Shown: in pieces, positions 8,501 to 17,748 of the stretch | Numbering within the stretch: the stretch's first letter is position 1 | Layout of the letters: every line of letters starts with the position of its first letter | Virus record (IMG/VR): IMGVR_UViG_3300030333_006336 | Coordinates: 3,670-67,669 of that record | Source of the DNA: a virus | Length of the DNA: 64,000 nucleotides | Direction: 5' to 3' (one strand) | Notes under the pieces: generated by a model | What the model saw: only the letters and a program-made list of their open reading frames with translations | Told to the model about the DNA's origin: nothing | Database searches by the model: none | Made by a program: the position numbers and the translations under genes

Positions 8501-9106
8501 CTACTCAAATTCAAAGTTAACGCGGGCACGAATCTTAAGTGCTGGAATGTATGCGTGATTTGCTAAGTTATGTTTAATGCACTCATCTGCTTCTAGAAAC
8601 CAGTCTGCATGTCCTTTTTCGTGAATGATTTCTAAAAAATAATCTTTATGTTTTCCACAGTTTTCGGCCATCATCTGATAAACTTTTTTGTTTAGTCTTT
8701 CTGTCTCTTCGGCTGACGATTTAATTTCCTCCACTTTTCCCCAGTTCATTGAGCTTACATCATGTATCATCACTGTCGCGTCAGGATCAACATATCGATG
8801 ACCCTCCTCACCGAAGCTAAATAAGATTGCTCCGCAAGACATAGCCTTTCCTTGAACAATGGTGGCCACGGGAATTCGTGAATTTTTAATATCAGATATC
8901 ATTGACATCAAGCTGTACACCTGCCCTCCGTAGCTATCAATAATAACTGGAAGTATCGGTTGTCCTGTGTTTTGCGCTCTAGAGACAGCGCCAGAAAATT
9001 CTTTAGCCGATGCTTCGTCAAATTTACGGACTCGTATAACAACAGGAAGTCCGTCAATCAATTCTTTGTCCTTCAAAAGAGGACTAAAAGTTTTAATAAC
9101 ATTCAT
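8501..9106 (-). CDS. clpP: ClpP-family protease subunit, paralogue B (intact triad)
   Basis: IDSYGG, GKAMSCG (Ser), VMIHDVS (His), HADWFL (Asp). Confidence 0.92.
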   Translation of the reverse strand: MNVIKTFSPLLKDKELIDGLPVVIRVRKFDEASAKEFSGAVSRAQNTGQPILPVIIDSYGGQVYSLMSMISDIKNSRIPVATIVQGKAMSCGAILFSFGEEGHRYVDPDATVMIHDVSSMNWGKVEEIKSSAEETERLNKKVYQMMAENCGKHKDYFLEIIHEKGHADWFLEADECIKHNLANHAYIPALKIRARVNFEFE

Positions 9107-9114
9107 ATCTTTAA

Positions 9115-12100
9115 TTAGCCCAATAATCTAAAAGTTTTACCAATTGCGTAAGTAGAAAATCCCCACTGCTCATCATATTTTAATTTTGCCATGTAAGGTC
9201 GATTCAAAAATATGCGATCTTTGTCAGGTTTAACGCCCCAACAGCGAATTCTTGTGGCCTCATTATTAGAGTCAATAGTTTCTACAATCCAATAAGTTTT
9301 TCCATTTTTAGTTTTCTTAGGGGTGATCTTTCTCGGAATAAACCAGCAAACCTGTAGCTGGGGGTCAAACTCAGAGATAGGTGGAATATATTTCTCTTGT
9401 AGTTTTTCGATTGTTTCATTCTTAATCACTAAGTTAATGGGAAAGACACCTGTCAAGTCGGTCTTGAATTGGATGATCTCTTCTTCGCTGAAATCGCCTT
9501 CAGGGCGATAGAGATCTAAATTCTCACCAAACTTCTTGAGGTTCTTAGGTCGGTCCACAACACATGCAGACCAAAAATGTTTACGACCTGTAAAACGGTC
9601 ATCAACAATATCGTCTAGCGCTCCACCACGACACAAAGCATCCAAAGCTTTCTTATTGAGCTTACTGTACACCACGTCTTCACGAAACAATAAATCTTCT
9701 GCATTGCTGAATGGTCGATGAGATAGTATTTGTTCAATAGCCGACATCCCTAGTCCTTTGATAGAGGTCAACGGTTGGATTAGGGTTGCTCCATCATCGC
9801 TAATCTCCCAAACGGTCCCTGATTTGTTTACATGAAGTGGCGCAATCTTAAACCCATACTTCTTAGCAATGTTGATTGCTTTTTCTTTTCTAGTCTCAGG
9901 CTCCTTGTCCAAGAAAGCTGCCATCCACTCTGCTGGATAGTAGTTCCATAGCCATGCGCACTGAAAAGAGATAATAGAATAACTCACTGCATGTGATTTG
10001 TTGAAGCCATACCCTGAGAAGAATTCGAACTTATCCCATAACGCCTGGGCCTCGTCGTATCCGATGTTCTTCTCGGCGCAGCCGTTGACGAACTTAACAC
10101 GCAGTTTTTCTTTAACTGACCCCTTTCCTGTTCCTTTCTTGGTCAAGACCTTTCGCAACAAGTTTCCTTCATCAAGGGTCAGTCCTCCTAGCTTATGCGC
10201 AAGCAATGCGATCTGTTCCTGAAAAATAAGGAACCCAAATGTCTCCTCGGTAATTTCTCGCGCTTCTTCTGAAAGATAGGAAATCCGATGCGGGTACCCC
10301 TTTGCTTCAACATAGTCAGTATCGACGCCTGCCGATAGTGGTCCGGGTCGGAAGATTGATGTGATAGCCGACAAGTCAATAATGTTGCGCGGCTTTGCTC
10401 TCGTGCAGAAGCTTTGCGCTCCTTGTTCTGTGAACTGAAATACTCCTGCCCATTTCCCAGGGTGAAAAATATTCTCATACACCTCCTGGTCCTCTAAGTT
10501 TAACGCATCTGGGTGCAAGTGCTTCATGTAGTAATCTCGCACATGCGCAAACGTTGGTTCCTCGACACCGTGATGACGCCGCAGAATATGTTCGATGCAC
10601 CCCTCCATCATCTTGAGAGTCGAGAGTCCAAGCAAGTCAAACTTAATGAACCCCATTGGCTCCAAGTGTCGAACGTTCTGTCCCTCGGCCCATGGCGCTT
10701 GCCTGACTCCTCCTGAGTTAATCAATGGCATATTTGAATCTAAGTTCTCGGCAATCACAACCCCACCAGCATGGCGCGAGCATGATCGCACTTGTCCCAC
10801 AAGACCCTCAACGTGAGCCTTAACCGCCGGATACTTGGCGAGATATTTTTGAAGGGATGGAGAGTAGTCCATAACTTCTTCCCACGTCGGAGCGTACACA
10901 CCAGCCTTGATACCGTGCTTTCTTTTAGCCTCGGGAGTTGCCTCGCGAATCATCACTGATGTGACAGTATTAGCCTCGGTAAACGGAATGTTGTAAAGCT
11001 TGGAGATGTCCTTAATCAGTGAGCGAAGTTGTAGTGTATTCCAGTTAGAGATTGGCGCAACACAATCTTCACCCCACATCTCGACAAGCTTTTCTTTCAA
11101 AGCCATGCTATCTGACACATCATAGTCAATATCAGGATAGTCGGTGGCATCTGAGCGCAGGAAGCGAGAGAACAGCAGATTGTATTTGATTGGATCAATC
11201 TGCGTGATGTTTAGCGCGTAAGCGACAAGTGAACCAGCGGCAGAGCCGCGTCCTGGCCCTGTCAACATCATCTCGGTTGCAACGTCAGCAATAGATTTCA
11301 TTGTCAAGAAATACTTAGAGAACCCACGATCATCAATAACATTTAACTCATGTCGTAGTCGATCAGTGTACTCTTTGTTCTTGTGGAGTCCTCGCTCCTT
11401 CAGTCCCTCTAATGCAAACTGCACAAGCGCCTGTGTAGCGGTGTAACCAGCCGGCACAACGAATTCGGGTAGGCGAACTGTATTGTCGGGCAGGAATGAC
11501 TCGATTCGGTCGTGCGCGATTCGATATGTCTCCTCAATACTTTTCAAGACTACAGTGTCATCGTATTCAAACCCCGTGGACTCAGAATACTCCTTGTAGC
11601 TTTCCCAGATTTGATCACCATTCTTCGGATACAATTCATATCCGATCTCCTCCACTCCAGCGGGAAGTTGTGACTCTTCCTCGGCCCAAGACGGCTTTCC
11701 CTTGCCAAGCCAACCCAAGCGTTTATACAATTCACGATCCTTCCACGCGTCAGGATTGGGATAGTGACTGTCAGCGGTGGTGATCACTCCAACGCCAAAC
11801 TCCTGTGCGACTGTAATGACATGCTGATTAAGTTCGTGCTGTTCTGGAATATTGTTCCATTGCACCTCTGCATACCATCTGTCGCCAAAAATATCAACCA
11901 TGCGCTCGGTGGTTTCGCGCATTGCGTCGAGAACAGCTTCTTTGCTTTCTTCTCGGTTTTCCCAATAATTTCCAGCATATACGCCACCAAGACAAGCACT
12001 GGAGGCGATAATGCCTTCGTTGTACTTCTTCAATAGTGCATAATCAATGCGAGGATATCGGTAAAAGTTTTCAGCTTTGTATGATTCAGAAACCAACTTA

Positions 12101-12540
12101 AAGAGGTTGTTGAGTCCTGTCTGGTTTTGCGCCAGCAACACTAGATGTCGGCGTCGACGAAGGATATCCTGAGTCTTCTTACTCGCTCCCTCGTCTTCCA
12201 CAGTTGCACCGGATGCCTTGTCGGCCTTGGCCGAACGGGCGCGCTTCTTATCTTCCATGGCGCGATTGTATTCTTCACGCCATTCTTCGATTGAGGGAAT
12301 GAAATATGCTTCACATCCAAAAATTGGCTTAAAATCTCGACCTTCAGCTTGCATCTTCTTGGCATGCAAAACCTGATATGCTAGCCCGTTCATGTTGCCG
12401 TGATCGGTTAATGCCAATGCATCGCACCCATTTTCATATGCAAAATCCATATGTGCTTGTGGATACCCAATGGCATCGAATAAAGAGCCTGCTACAGAAT
12501 GTGCATGTAGTCCCACAAATTTAATCTTTGGTTTGTTCAC
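9115..12540 (-). CDS. dnaE: DNA polymerase III alpha subunit (family C)
   Basis: PHP domain (HAHS, TDHG, GCEAY, DSHY), GRGSAAGSLVAY, PDIDYD, HAGGVVI, KFDLLGL, FQEQ, YGFNKSHA, HhH SIKGLG. Confidence 0.97.
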   Translation of the reverse strand: MNKPKIKFVGLHAHSVAGSLFDAIGYPQAHMDFAYENGCDALALTDHGNMNGLAYQVLHAKKMQAEGRDFKPIFGCEAYFIPSIEEWREEYNRAMEDKKRARSAKADKASGATVEDEGASKKTQDILRRRRHLVLLAQNQTGLNNLFKLVSESYKAENFYRYPRIDYALLKKYNEGIIASSACLGGVYAGNYWENREESKEAVLDAMRETTERMVDIFGDRWYAEVQWNNIPEQHELNQHVITVAQEFGVGVITTADSHYPNPDAWKDRELYKRLGWLGKGKPSWAEEESQLPAGVEEIGYELYPKNGDQIWESYKEYSESTGFEYDDTVVLKSIEETYRIAHDRIESFLPDNTVRLPEFVVPAGYTATQALVQFALEGLKERGLHKNKEYTDRLRHELNVIDDRGFSKYFLTMKSIADVATEMMLTGPGRGSAAGSLVAYALNITQIDPIKYNLLFSRFLRSDATDYPDIDYDVSDSMALKEKLVEMWGEDCVAPISNWNTLQLRSLIKDISKLYNIPFTEANTVTSVMIREATPEAKRKHGIKAGVYAPTWEEVMDYSPSLQKYLAKYPAVKAHVEGLVGQVRSCSRHAGGVVIAENLDSNMPLINSGGVRQAPWAEGQNVRHLEPMGFIKFDLLGLSTLKMMEGCIEHILRRHHGVEEPTFAHVRDYYMKHLHPDALNLEDQEVYENIFHPGKWAGVFQFTEQGAQSFCTRAKPRNIIDLSAITSIFRPGPLSAGVDTDYVEAKGYPHRISYLSEEAREITEETFGFLIFQEQIALLAHKLGGLTLDEGNLLRKVLTKKGTGKGSVKEKLRVKFVNGCAEKNIGYDEAQALWDKFEFFSGYGFNKSHAVSYSIISFQCAWLWNYYPAEWMAAFLDKEPETRKEKAINIAKKYGFKIAPLHVNKSGTVWEISDDGATLIQPLTSIKGLGMSAIEQILSHRPFSNAEDLLFREDVVYSKLNKKALDALCRGGALDDIVDDRFTGRKHFWSACVVDRPKNLKKFGENLDLYRPEGDFSEEEIIQFKTDLTGVFPINLVIKNETIEKLQEKYIPPISEFDPQLQVCWFIPRKITPKKTKNGKTYWIVETIDSNNEATRIRCWGVKPDKDRIFLNRPYMAKLKYDEQWGFSTYAIGKTFRLLG

Positions 12541-13423
12541 TATTTCCCTCCAGTGTATATCCTAATATAGCATGTTTGCGCGGCCGAGTCAACTCTCTAG
12601 GTGGACTTTTTATAAAATTATCCGAACCCATAAAGTTGCCATACCCTTCCCACGTTGAAATGTCATAATACCAGTCTAATTCTTCTGTGATTGCGTTTGT
12701 GTTGTTTACTTTACTAAATACAGTCTCCAAACCAAAATAACGCGCAGACCACCTCTCTAAAAGTGGTAATTTTTTTTGGGGGTATTTTTCGCCAGCCGGG
12801 GGTTTTTCAAATTCCTTTGTTGTAAGAGAATTGACATGACGACGACATGTAATAAAATCTTCACCGAACATTGTAAAAGGCAACGGCACACCGTCTTTTA
12901 TGTTAGTGCCTTCGCTCGTTAAAAAAAAGTTGTTTTCAAAATCTGAAATTTTTGCCCGGAAATTTCTGAGGCAATATGGGTTATACGTATTCATCGGGAA
13001 TGTCACAAAATACTTATCAGGTATCAACCATTGTGACATCATCTTAGACACCCTCCATGCAGAATTGATTCCATAAAGAACTGACCATCCATATGAGTCA
13101 CGCCGGTCTCGATCCTTCGGATGAATAGGTACATAGTAAATCGGTATCTCTTTTCGTGCTTCGCTGGGGTATCTGCCTGGGCGCCCATAGTATACGGGAT
13201 CGTACACCCATTCCCCCACACACTCTCGCAAAATAGGTGCCTCATCATCATTCGCTACAATCCAAATTGTTTGACAGCCGGCCATGGCACATTCAAACAC
13301 TGCCTTTTGGATCGCTGAGAAGTCAGTAGCCACAGGAAGCATGTAAGCGGGGAACTTTAAATCAAACTCTGTTTTTAAATTAGCTACAGGTATAATACCA
13401 GCTAAGTGAACATGTACACTCAT
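12521..13423 (-). CDS. Degenerate sugar-nucleotidyltransferase-fold protein
   Basis: LAGIIPVA...PAYMLPV...AVFECAMAGCQTIWIV and WYYDISTWEGY align with RmlA/GlmU-type GIILAGG.GTRL..PK.LLPV and W.D.GT; the Gly-rich loop is lost. Confidence 0.6.
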   Translation of the reverse strand: MSVHVHLAGIIPVANLKTEFDLKFPAYMLPVATDFSAIQKAVFECAMAGCQTIWIVANDDEAPILRECVGEWVYDPVYYGRPGRYPSEARKEIPIYYVPIHPKDRDRRDSYGWSVLYGINSAWRVSKMMSQWLIPDKYFVTFPMNTYNPYCLRNFRAKISDFENNFFLTSEGTNIKDGVPLPFTMFGEDFITCRRHVNSLTTKEFEKPPAGEKYPQKKLPLLERWSARYFGLETVFSKVNNTNAITEELDWYYDISTWEGYGNFMGSDNFIKSPPRELTRPRKHAILGYTLEGNSEQTKD

Positions 13424-14310
13424 AGATATCTCAAAAATCGATTGGTGTCCATACTAATCTCTGATAAATCTTGGAGTAAATCTTGCTCCGTGGTGATCGG
13501 TACGTGGACATTGGGCTCGGCGGGTGTGTGTGTCGGCTCCAATTGCTCCATTCTTTGACGCTGTATGTGAGAAGTGTTAAAGCGGTAGTACTTAGGTCTA
13601 CCAGTTGGCGAGTATCCATTAAATAATCCTTTCATTCCTCTTGATTCCATTTCAGAAATCATTTTAAATTTTGCCATTGTTTCTGAGAAGTCGAAGTCTC
13701 TAATCTGGTCTTCCGTCAGGTGTGAAACCACACATGCATCTTTCACGCCGGTGTTGCCATCAATTCGATCAGAGGGATAGAACCATATCTCTTTAACAAA
13801 ATCATCATCGGTTTTTATGAAATCTACATCATGTTTTCCACCGCGATGAAAAGCTATCCAATCATAACACACATAAGGACCTTCTTCAACTTCTTTTTTG
13901 TTGACGAATCCTGTAGCACCGCTATCATCAAAATAATAACACTCTTCAAAGCGCATCTCAGCTATTTTTGAATAAGCGTTGGAACACACAACTGTTTTAC
14001 CGTTATATCGCAAGCTATGTGCCAAATCAGCTAATGGTAATTTGCCTTGCACCGATAACAAGTAGAGCAAAGTTTCCCACATAACATACTTAGGGTAACC
14101 CAATATGATCTCTTGTCCTGTTGTCAGCATGGCCGTGGCCGGTGGAGACCGGAAAAGTTTAACGTCACTTAACTGTGCATCTGCTGAAATATAATCAAAC
14201 CGGAAAGGTGCCTGTGGTTGTGCAAATATTAATGGGATTTGCCGAGTGTACGCGAAGAGAACCGCCTTTAAAGAGGAACCTACAACAATTTTATCATATT
14301 CAAGAATCAT
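13420..14310 (-). CDS. Hypothetical protein with a degenerate Rossmann (FAD/NAD-like) N-terminus
   Basis: YDKIVVGSSLKAVLFA resembles YDVIVVGaGlaGl.aA; likely start MILEYD at 14310. Confidence 0.55.
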   Translation of the reverse strand: MILEYDKIVVGSSLKAVLFAYTRQIPLIFAQPQAPFRFDYISADAQLSDVKLFRSPPATAMLTTGQEIILGYPKYVMWETLLYLLSVQGKLPLADLAHSLRYNGKTVVCSNAYSKIAEMRFEECYYFDDSGATGFVNKKEVEEGPYVCYDWIAFHRGGKHDVDFIKTDDDFVKEIWFYPSDRIDGNTGVKDACVVSHLTEDQIRDFDFSETMAKFKMISEMESRGMKGLFNGYSPTGRPKYYRFNTSHIQRQRMEQLEPTHTPAEPNVHVPITTEQDLLQDLSEISMDTNRFLRYL

Positions 14311-15250
14311 CTCGACACACACCAGGAAAACCGGGTCGTCCTGTATGTATCCTATCCTCTACGTCTTGTAGTAACTGATCAATCTCTAAGCCCGCGCAGT
14401 CAATCTTGTTCTTACTCACGTGATAGTGACTGATAAACCCTTTGAAGTTTCCATATTTAACATCTTTCTCGTAGCGAGTGGAAACTCCTCCATGATCACC
14501 AAGCACGGTTTGCAATGGGATCTCTACGCCATCGTGAATAGCTGCCCACAATGCTTTCAGCGCTTCGATTTGAACTGGATAAAACCCTAGATGCTCTTTT
14601 AACTTATTCCCATGTACCCATGCATCATTTACCAGCGGCCTTGGTCCAAAGCCATTTTTCTCGTACCAATTTTGATACTTAGTGTAGTAAGCATTTGAAA
14701 TTTCTACACCCACTGAGGCGCGGTTGACGCGCTCAGAACCAGCATGCCATGCTCCGTGTTGAATGTCTAAAGTCTGATAAATTGTTCCGTCATTATCGAT
14801 GAGAAAATGAACTGAAATCCCACGACGGTCTAGGACCGACTGGCAAGATTTTGAACTTAGGCACACATCCCAGTGGTTAACAAAGAGTCGAATGCTGCGC
14901 TTGCTTCTTCCTGTATAGTCATAGTAGGAGCCTTTCTTGGCAGCTAGACCTCCTTCCTCAGACCACAAGACAACCTTGTGCCATTTAATCGGAACAAACT
15001 TGCCATTATAAACTATGTATTCCGAATATCTAGGGCTGTCTGGAGTGTGTTCGTGAATGGCCGATTGGCGCTCTGTCCAAATACGACGATATGTCATTGG
15101 CCCACAAAGTCCATCTCCTGCAAGTCCATGAGCTTTCTGCCATTTCTTAATAGCCCTTACGAGCTTCTCATCAAAATACTTTTCTCCAAACCAAGTTGGA
15201 TCCCACCCTAAACTATCCGCTGAAGAGCGGTTATAGAAATTCTTATCCAT
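14300..15250 (-). CDS. Endolysin: peptidoglycan-binding domain plus Zn amidase (Amidase_2)
   Basis: AIKKWQKAHGLAGDGLCGPMT (PG-binding); NHW, SVHFLIDNDGTIYQ, AWHAG, N..SVGVEI, SHYHV..KIDC. Confidence 0.92.
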   Translation of the reverse strand: MDKNFYNRSSADSLGWDPTWFGEKYFDEKLVRAIKKWQKAHGLAGDGLCGPMTYRRIWTERQSAIHEHTPDSPRYSEYIVYNGKFVPIKWHKVVLWSEEGGLAAKKGSYYDYTGRSKRSIRLFVNHWDVCLSSKSCQSVLDRRGISVHFLIDNDGTIYQTLDIQHGAWHAGSERVNRASVGVEISNAYYTKYQNWYEKNGFGPRPLVNDAWVHGNKLKEHLGFYPVQIEALKALWAAIHDGVEIPLQTVLGDHGGVSTRYEKDVKYGNFKGFISHYHVSKNKIDCAGLEIDQLLQDVEDRIHTGRPGFPGVCRDDS

Positions 15251-15272
15251 GCGCTGTTTACCTTTCCTGTAA

Positions 15273-15548
15273 CTATAAAATACCTACTATATAATTATCT
15301 AGAATTACATTTAAACGCTCATTTTGTATGGTAATTTCTTCAATCATTGATTTGTCAATGACAACTTGAGCGCGTTCAAACAGGCTTTCCTTGAATCTTA
15401 CGTCATCAGCCCAGCTTAAAACAGTAGCTGTCACGAATCTTTCTTCCGTGGGTTTAAAGTCCTCTGGTAAAAGTATTCCACTGGCAGTACTGGGCTCTGG
15501 TGGTTCCTCCACAGAAACTAAAATATGTCGATTAACTGGTTTAAACAT
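15273..15548 (-). CDS. groES: Co-chaperonin GroES
   Basis: FKPVNRHILV...TASGILLP mobile loop; 91 aa; ends IVGIL. Confidence 0.88.
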   Translation of the reverse strand: MFKPVNRHILVSVEEPPEPSTASGILLPEDFKPTEERFVTATVLSWADDVRFKESLFERAQVVIDKSMIEEITIQNERLNVILDNYIVGIL

Positions 15549-15768
15549 CGCCCACCTCTTTACGAATTAAGTTTTCTTGAATTTTATATTGCTCGCGTGA
15601 TAAGAAAATATCTTGTCGACTCTTGCATCTTTTACAAAACATCGTGACATTAAAATTATCACCTGAAGTTGCGCGCGCAGGCCCTGTAGGGCTCCAATAA
15701 CACTCCCCTTGTCGACCTTTGCAGAGCATTTTCATGCTTTTTTTTTCCATCAAATAATTAAAGTTCAC
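15541..15768 (-). CDS. Small Cys-containing hypothetical protein
   Basis: GTG start at 15768 with GGAGG SD; C..C pairs (CKRC). Confidence 0.6.
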   Translation of the reverse strand: MNFNYLMEKKSMKMLCKGRQGECYWSPTGPARATSGDNFNVTMFCKRCKSRQDIFLSREQYKIQENLIRKEVGDV

Positions 15769-15776
15769 TATTCCTC

Positions 15777-17744
15777 CTAAATGGTACACGTGTCGTTGGT
15801 GCAGAACTTACTGCCAGTAGCCTCTTCGGTATTCGCAATAGATTTTACTGGTGTAATATTTTTTGTCATCTCGTGATACTGCTCCTCTGTAATCGGCTCA
15901 TATGGCGCTTGTTCATATCCTGTTTCTTGATACCTCAAGAAAGAAACCGCCTTTAACCTTGTCTCATACATCTCCAATGCGGATTTGATTTGGTCAGCCT
16001 CTTTCTCGTTAAAGGTAACAGTAATCGACACTGAATTGTCAGCCCAATAATGTTGGTACTGTGCTGCAATCTCTAACTGCTCCCATATACTAACATCTTT
16101 TTTGCCTTTTGTAAAGTAAGGTTCATGCACTGGGAACTCTACTACAATTGTGTTGGGTGTATACTTGTCTTCTTCCATATAATATCCGCTAGCACGCAGC
16201 GGTTCTAAGACGGCTGAATCCTTACCGAATCGGATGCGTCTAATATAGTATTCGCTCTCAGGAAAATGAATGCCGGGTGTCGATCCGTTTAACAACGAGA
16301 CTGTGCCAGAAGGTTTGATCGATGTGGTGCGAACCGACTTGGGAATACAAAGCCAGTTAGAATACTCTTCATCCAATTGTTTAACGTACTCATATGCATT
16401 ATCACACCAATCATAAACTTCACGACGGCCGTGTTTATTAAAAGCCTGTACAACTCCAGACTGGGACAGACCAATGCGTCGGTTTTTTAACATCTTTGCG
16501 TTTGTCTCAGGCCAGTGAGTGTTGGATAGCGTAATAGTCTTTCCATACAAGTATGCGATCTTCAGTGTGCGCAAATAGTCTTCTAAGTTGTCATGTTTTG
16601 CTGGGAAGGTCTCTACCAGACAACACAATTCAGCATCCTCTAGCTGCTGCTCTACACAGGGGTTAAACCCTGCGACGTTAATATCATCAAATCGCTCTCC
16701 ATCTTTAAAACGCCCACGAGTACGCGCATTATTTAACCAGATATATCCAGGCTCACCATTCTTTTGTGATTGGTTTGCGTGCCATGTATAGTCCATGCCC
16801 ACCTGTGCATTAAAGGAGTTGTTCGAACCCCAGCGATGGTGCATTAGTTTTTCGGAATCGTTTTTCATCTCCAGATATCTAAAGTCGTCGTGAGAACCCA
16901 TAGCCAACGCAGCGGATCGACGCACGTTACCAGACACAACACATCTTCCAATGAGGTTTTCTGTATCTACGATGTCGACTGAAGTGATCGGCTCTCCCAC
17001 CTTCTTCATGTACATCTCAATCAAATTATCATGCAACTCTTTGAGTGGTCCATAGCCACTTGACGTGCCACCAAAACCACCGATGGGGGCACCTTCGGCA
17101 CGGATGGCAGAGTAATCAAACTTAGGCACCTTGCCGCCAAAAAAGAATCCATCGAGAAGCATGTGCACTGAATCTACCCACCCTTCACGAGAATCATCAA
17201 TAACTAAAGTATCGTTAGTGAACTGAGGCTCTTGGATATTAAGAGTTCCAGCCCCCTCTGTGTCAAATCCAACGCCAATACCTAACATCAACGCATCCAT
17301 CATCCAAGCAAAAAGATAACCGCCTTTTGTGGCCAAGTCCCTCGTGGATCGAAATGCGCAGTTAAACAGACCGGCTGCAGTGCGCTCCTCTACAAACTTC
17401 GTGCCCATCATCCAAAGCCCCCGACCAGGAGGCGTCCACTTAAGATTAAACAGACGCTCATAAGCATCTTTAGCAGTCTTTTGTGCTTTGTTGTCGTTCC
17501 ATTCAAGCCCCAACATAAACACATGCTGCTTTTGCATATTAAACATGCCCTCTACTACACGTCGGCATGTTTGATACCACTCTTCGCTCCCACTTGCTTC
17601 TGGATCAAATTCATTAAGTCGTCTTGAATAAGTTCTTTTATAAGTAACGTACCCCAAAGGACCCCATGGAACTTCTTTCGTTTTATAGGGTTCGATAAAG
17701 GTATCCGACAGTCTGAATCTGCGAATGTTGGCGATTGTTCTCAT
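15777..17744 (-). CDS. nrdJ: Class II (adenosylcobalamin) ribonucleotide reductase, monomeric RTPR type
   Basis: YKRTYSR, PPGRGLW, FNC, GNVRRSA, NPCVEQ, RRIGLS, IKPSGTVS, C-terminal CTNDTC redox pair. Confidence 0.95.
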   Translation of the reverse strand: MRTIANIRRFRLSDTFIEPYKTKEVPWGPLGYVTYKRTYSRRLNEFDPEASGSEEWYQTCRRVVEGMFNMQKQHVFMLGLEWNDNKAQKTAKDAYERLFNLKWTPPGRGLWMMGTKFVEERTAAGLFNCAFRSTRDLATKGGYLFAWMMDALMLGIGVGFDTEGAGTLNIQEPQFTNDTLVIDDSREGWVDSVHMLLDGFFFGGKVPKFDYSAIRAEGAPIGGFGGTSSGYGPLKELHDNLIEMYMKKVGEPITSVDIVDTENLIGRCVVSGNVRRSAALAMGSHDDFRYLEMKNDSEKLMHHRWGSNNSFNAQVGMDYTWHANQSQKNGEPGYIWLNNARTRGRFKDGERFDDINVAGFNPCVEQQLEDAELCCLVETFPAKHDNLEDYLRTLKIAYLYGKTITLSNTHWPETNAKMLKNRRIGLSQSGVVQAFNKHGRREVYDWCDNAYEYVKQLDEEYSNWLCIPKSVRTTSIKPSGTVSLLNGSTPGIHFPESEYYIRRIRFGKDSAVLEPLRASGYYMEEDKYTPNTIVVEFPVHEPYFTKGKKDVSIWEQLEIAAQYQHYWADNSVSITVTFNEKEADQIKSALEMYETRLKAVSFLRYQETGYEQAPYEPITEEQYHEMTKNITPVKSIANTEEATGSKFCTNDTCTI

Positions 17745-17748
17745 TCTT

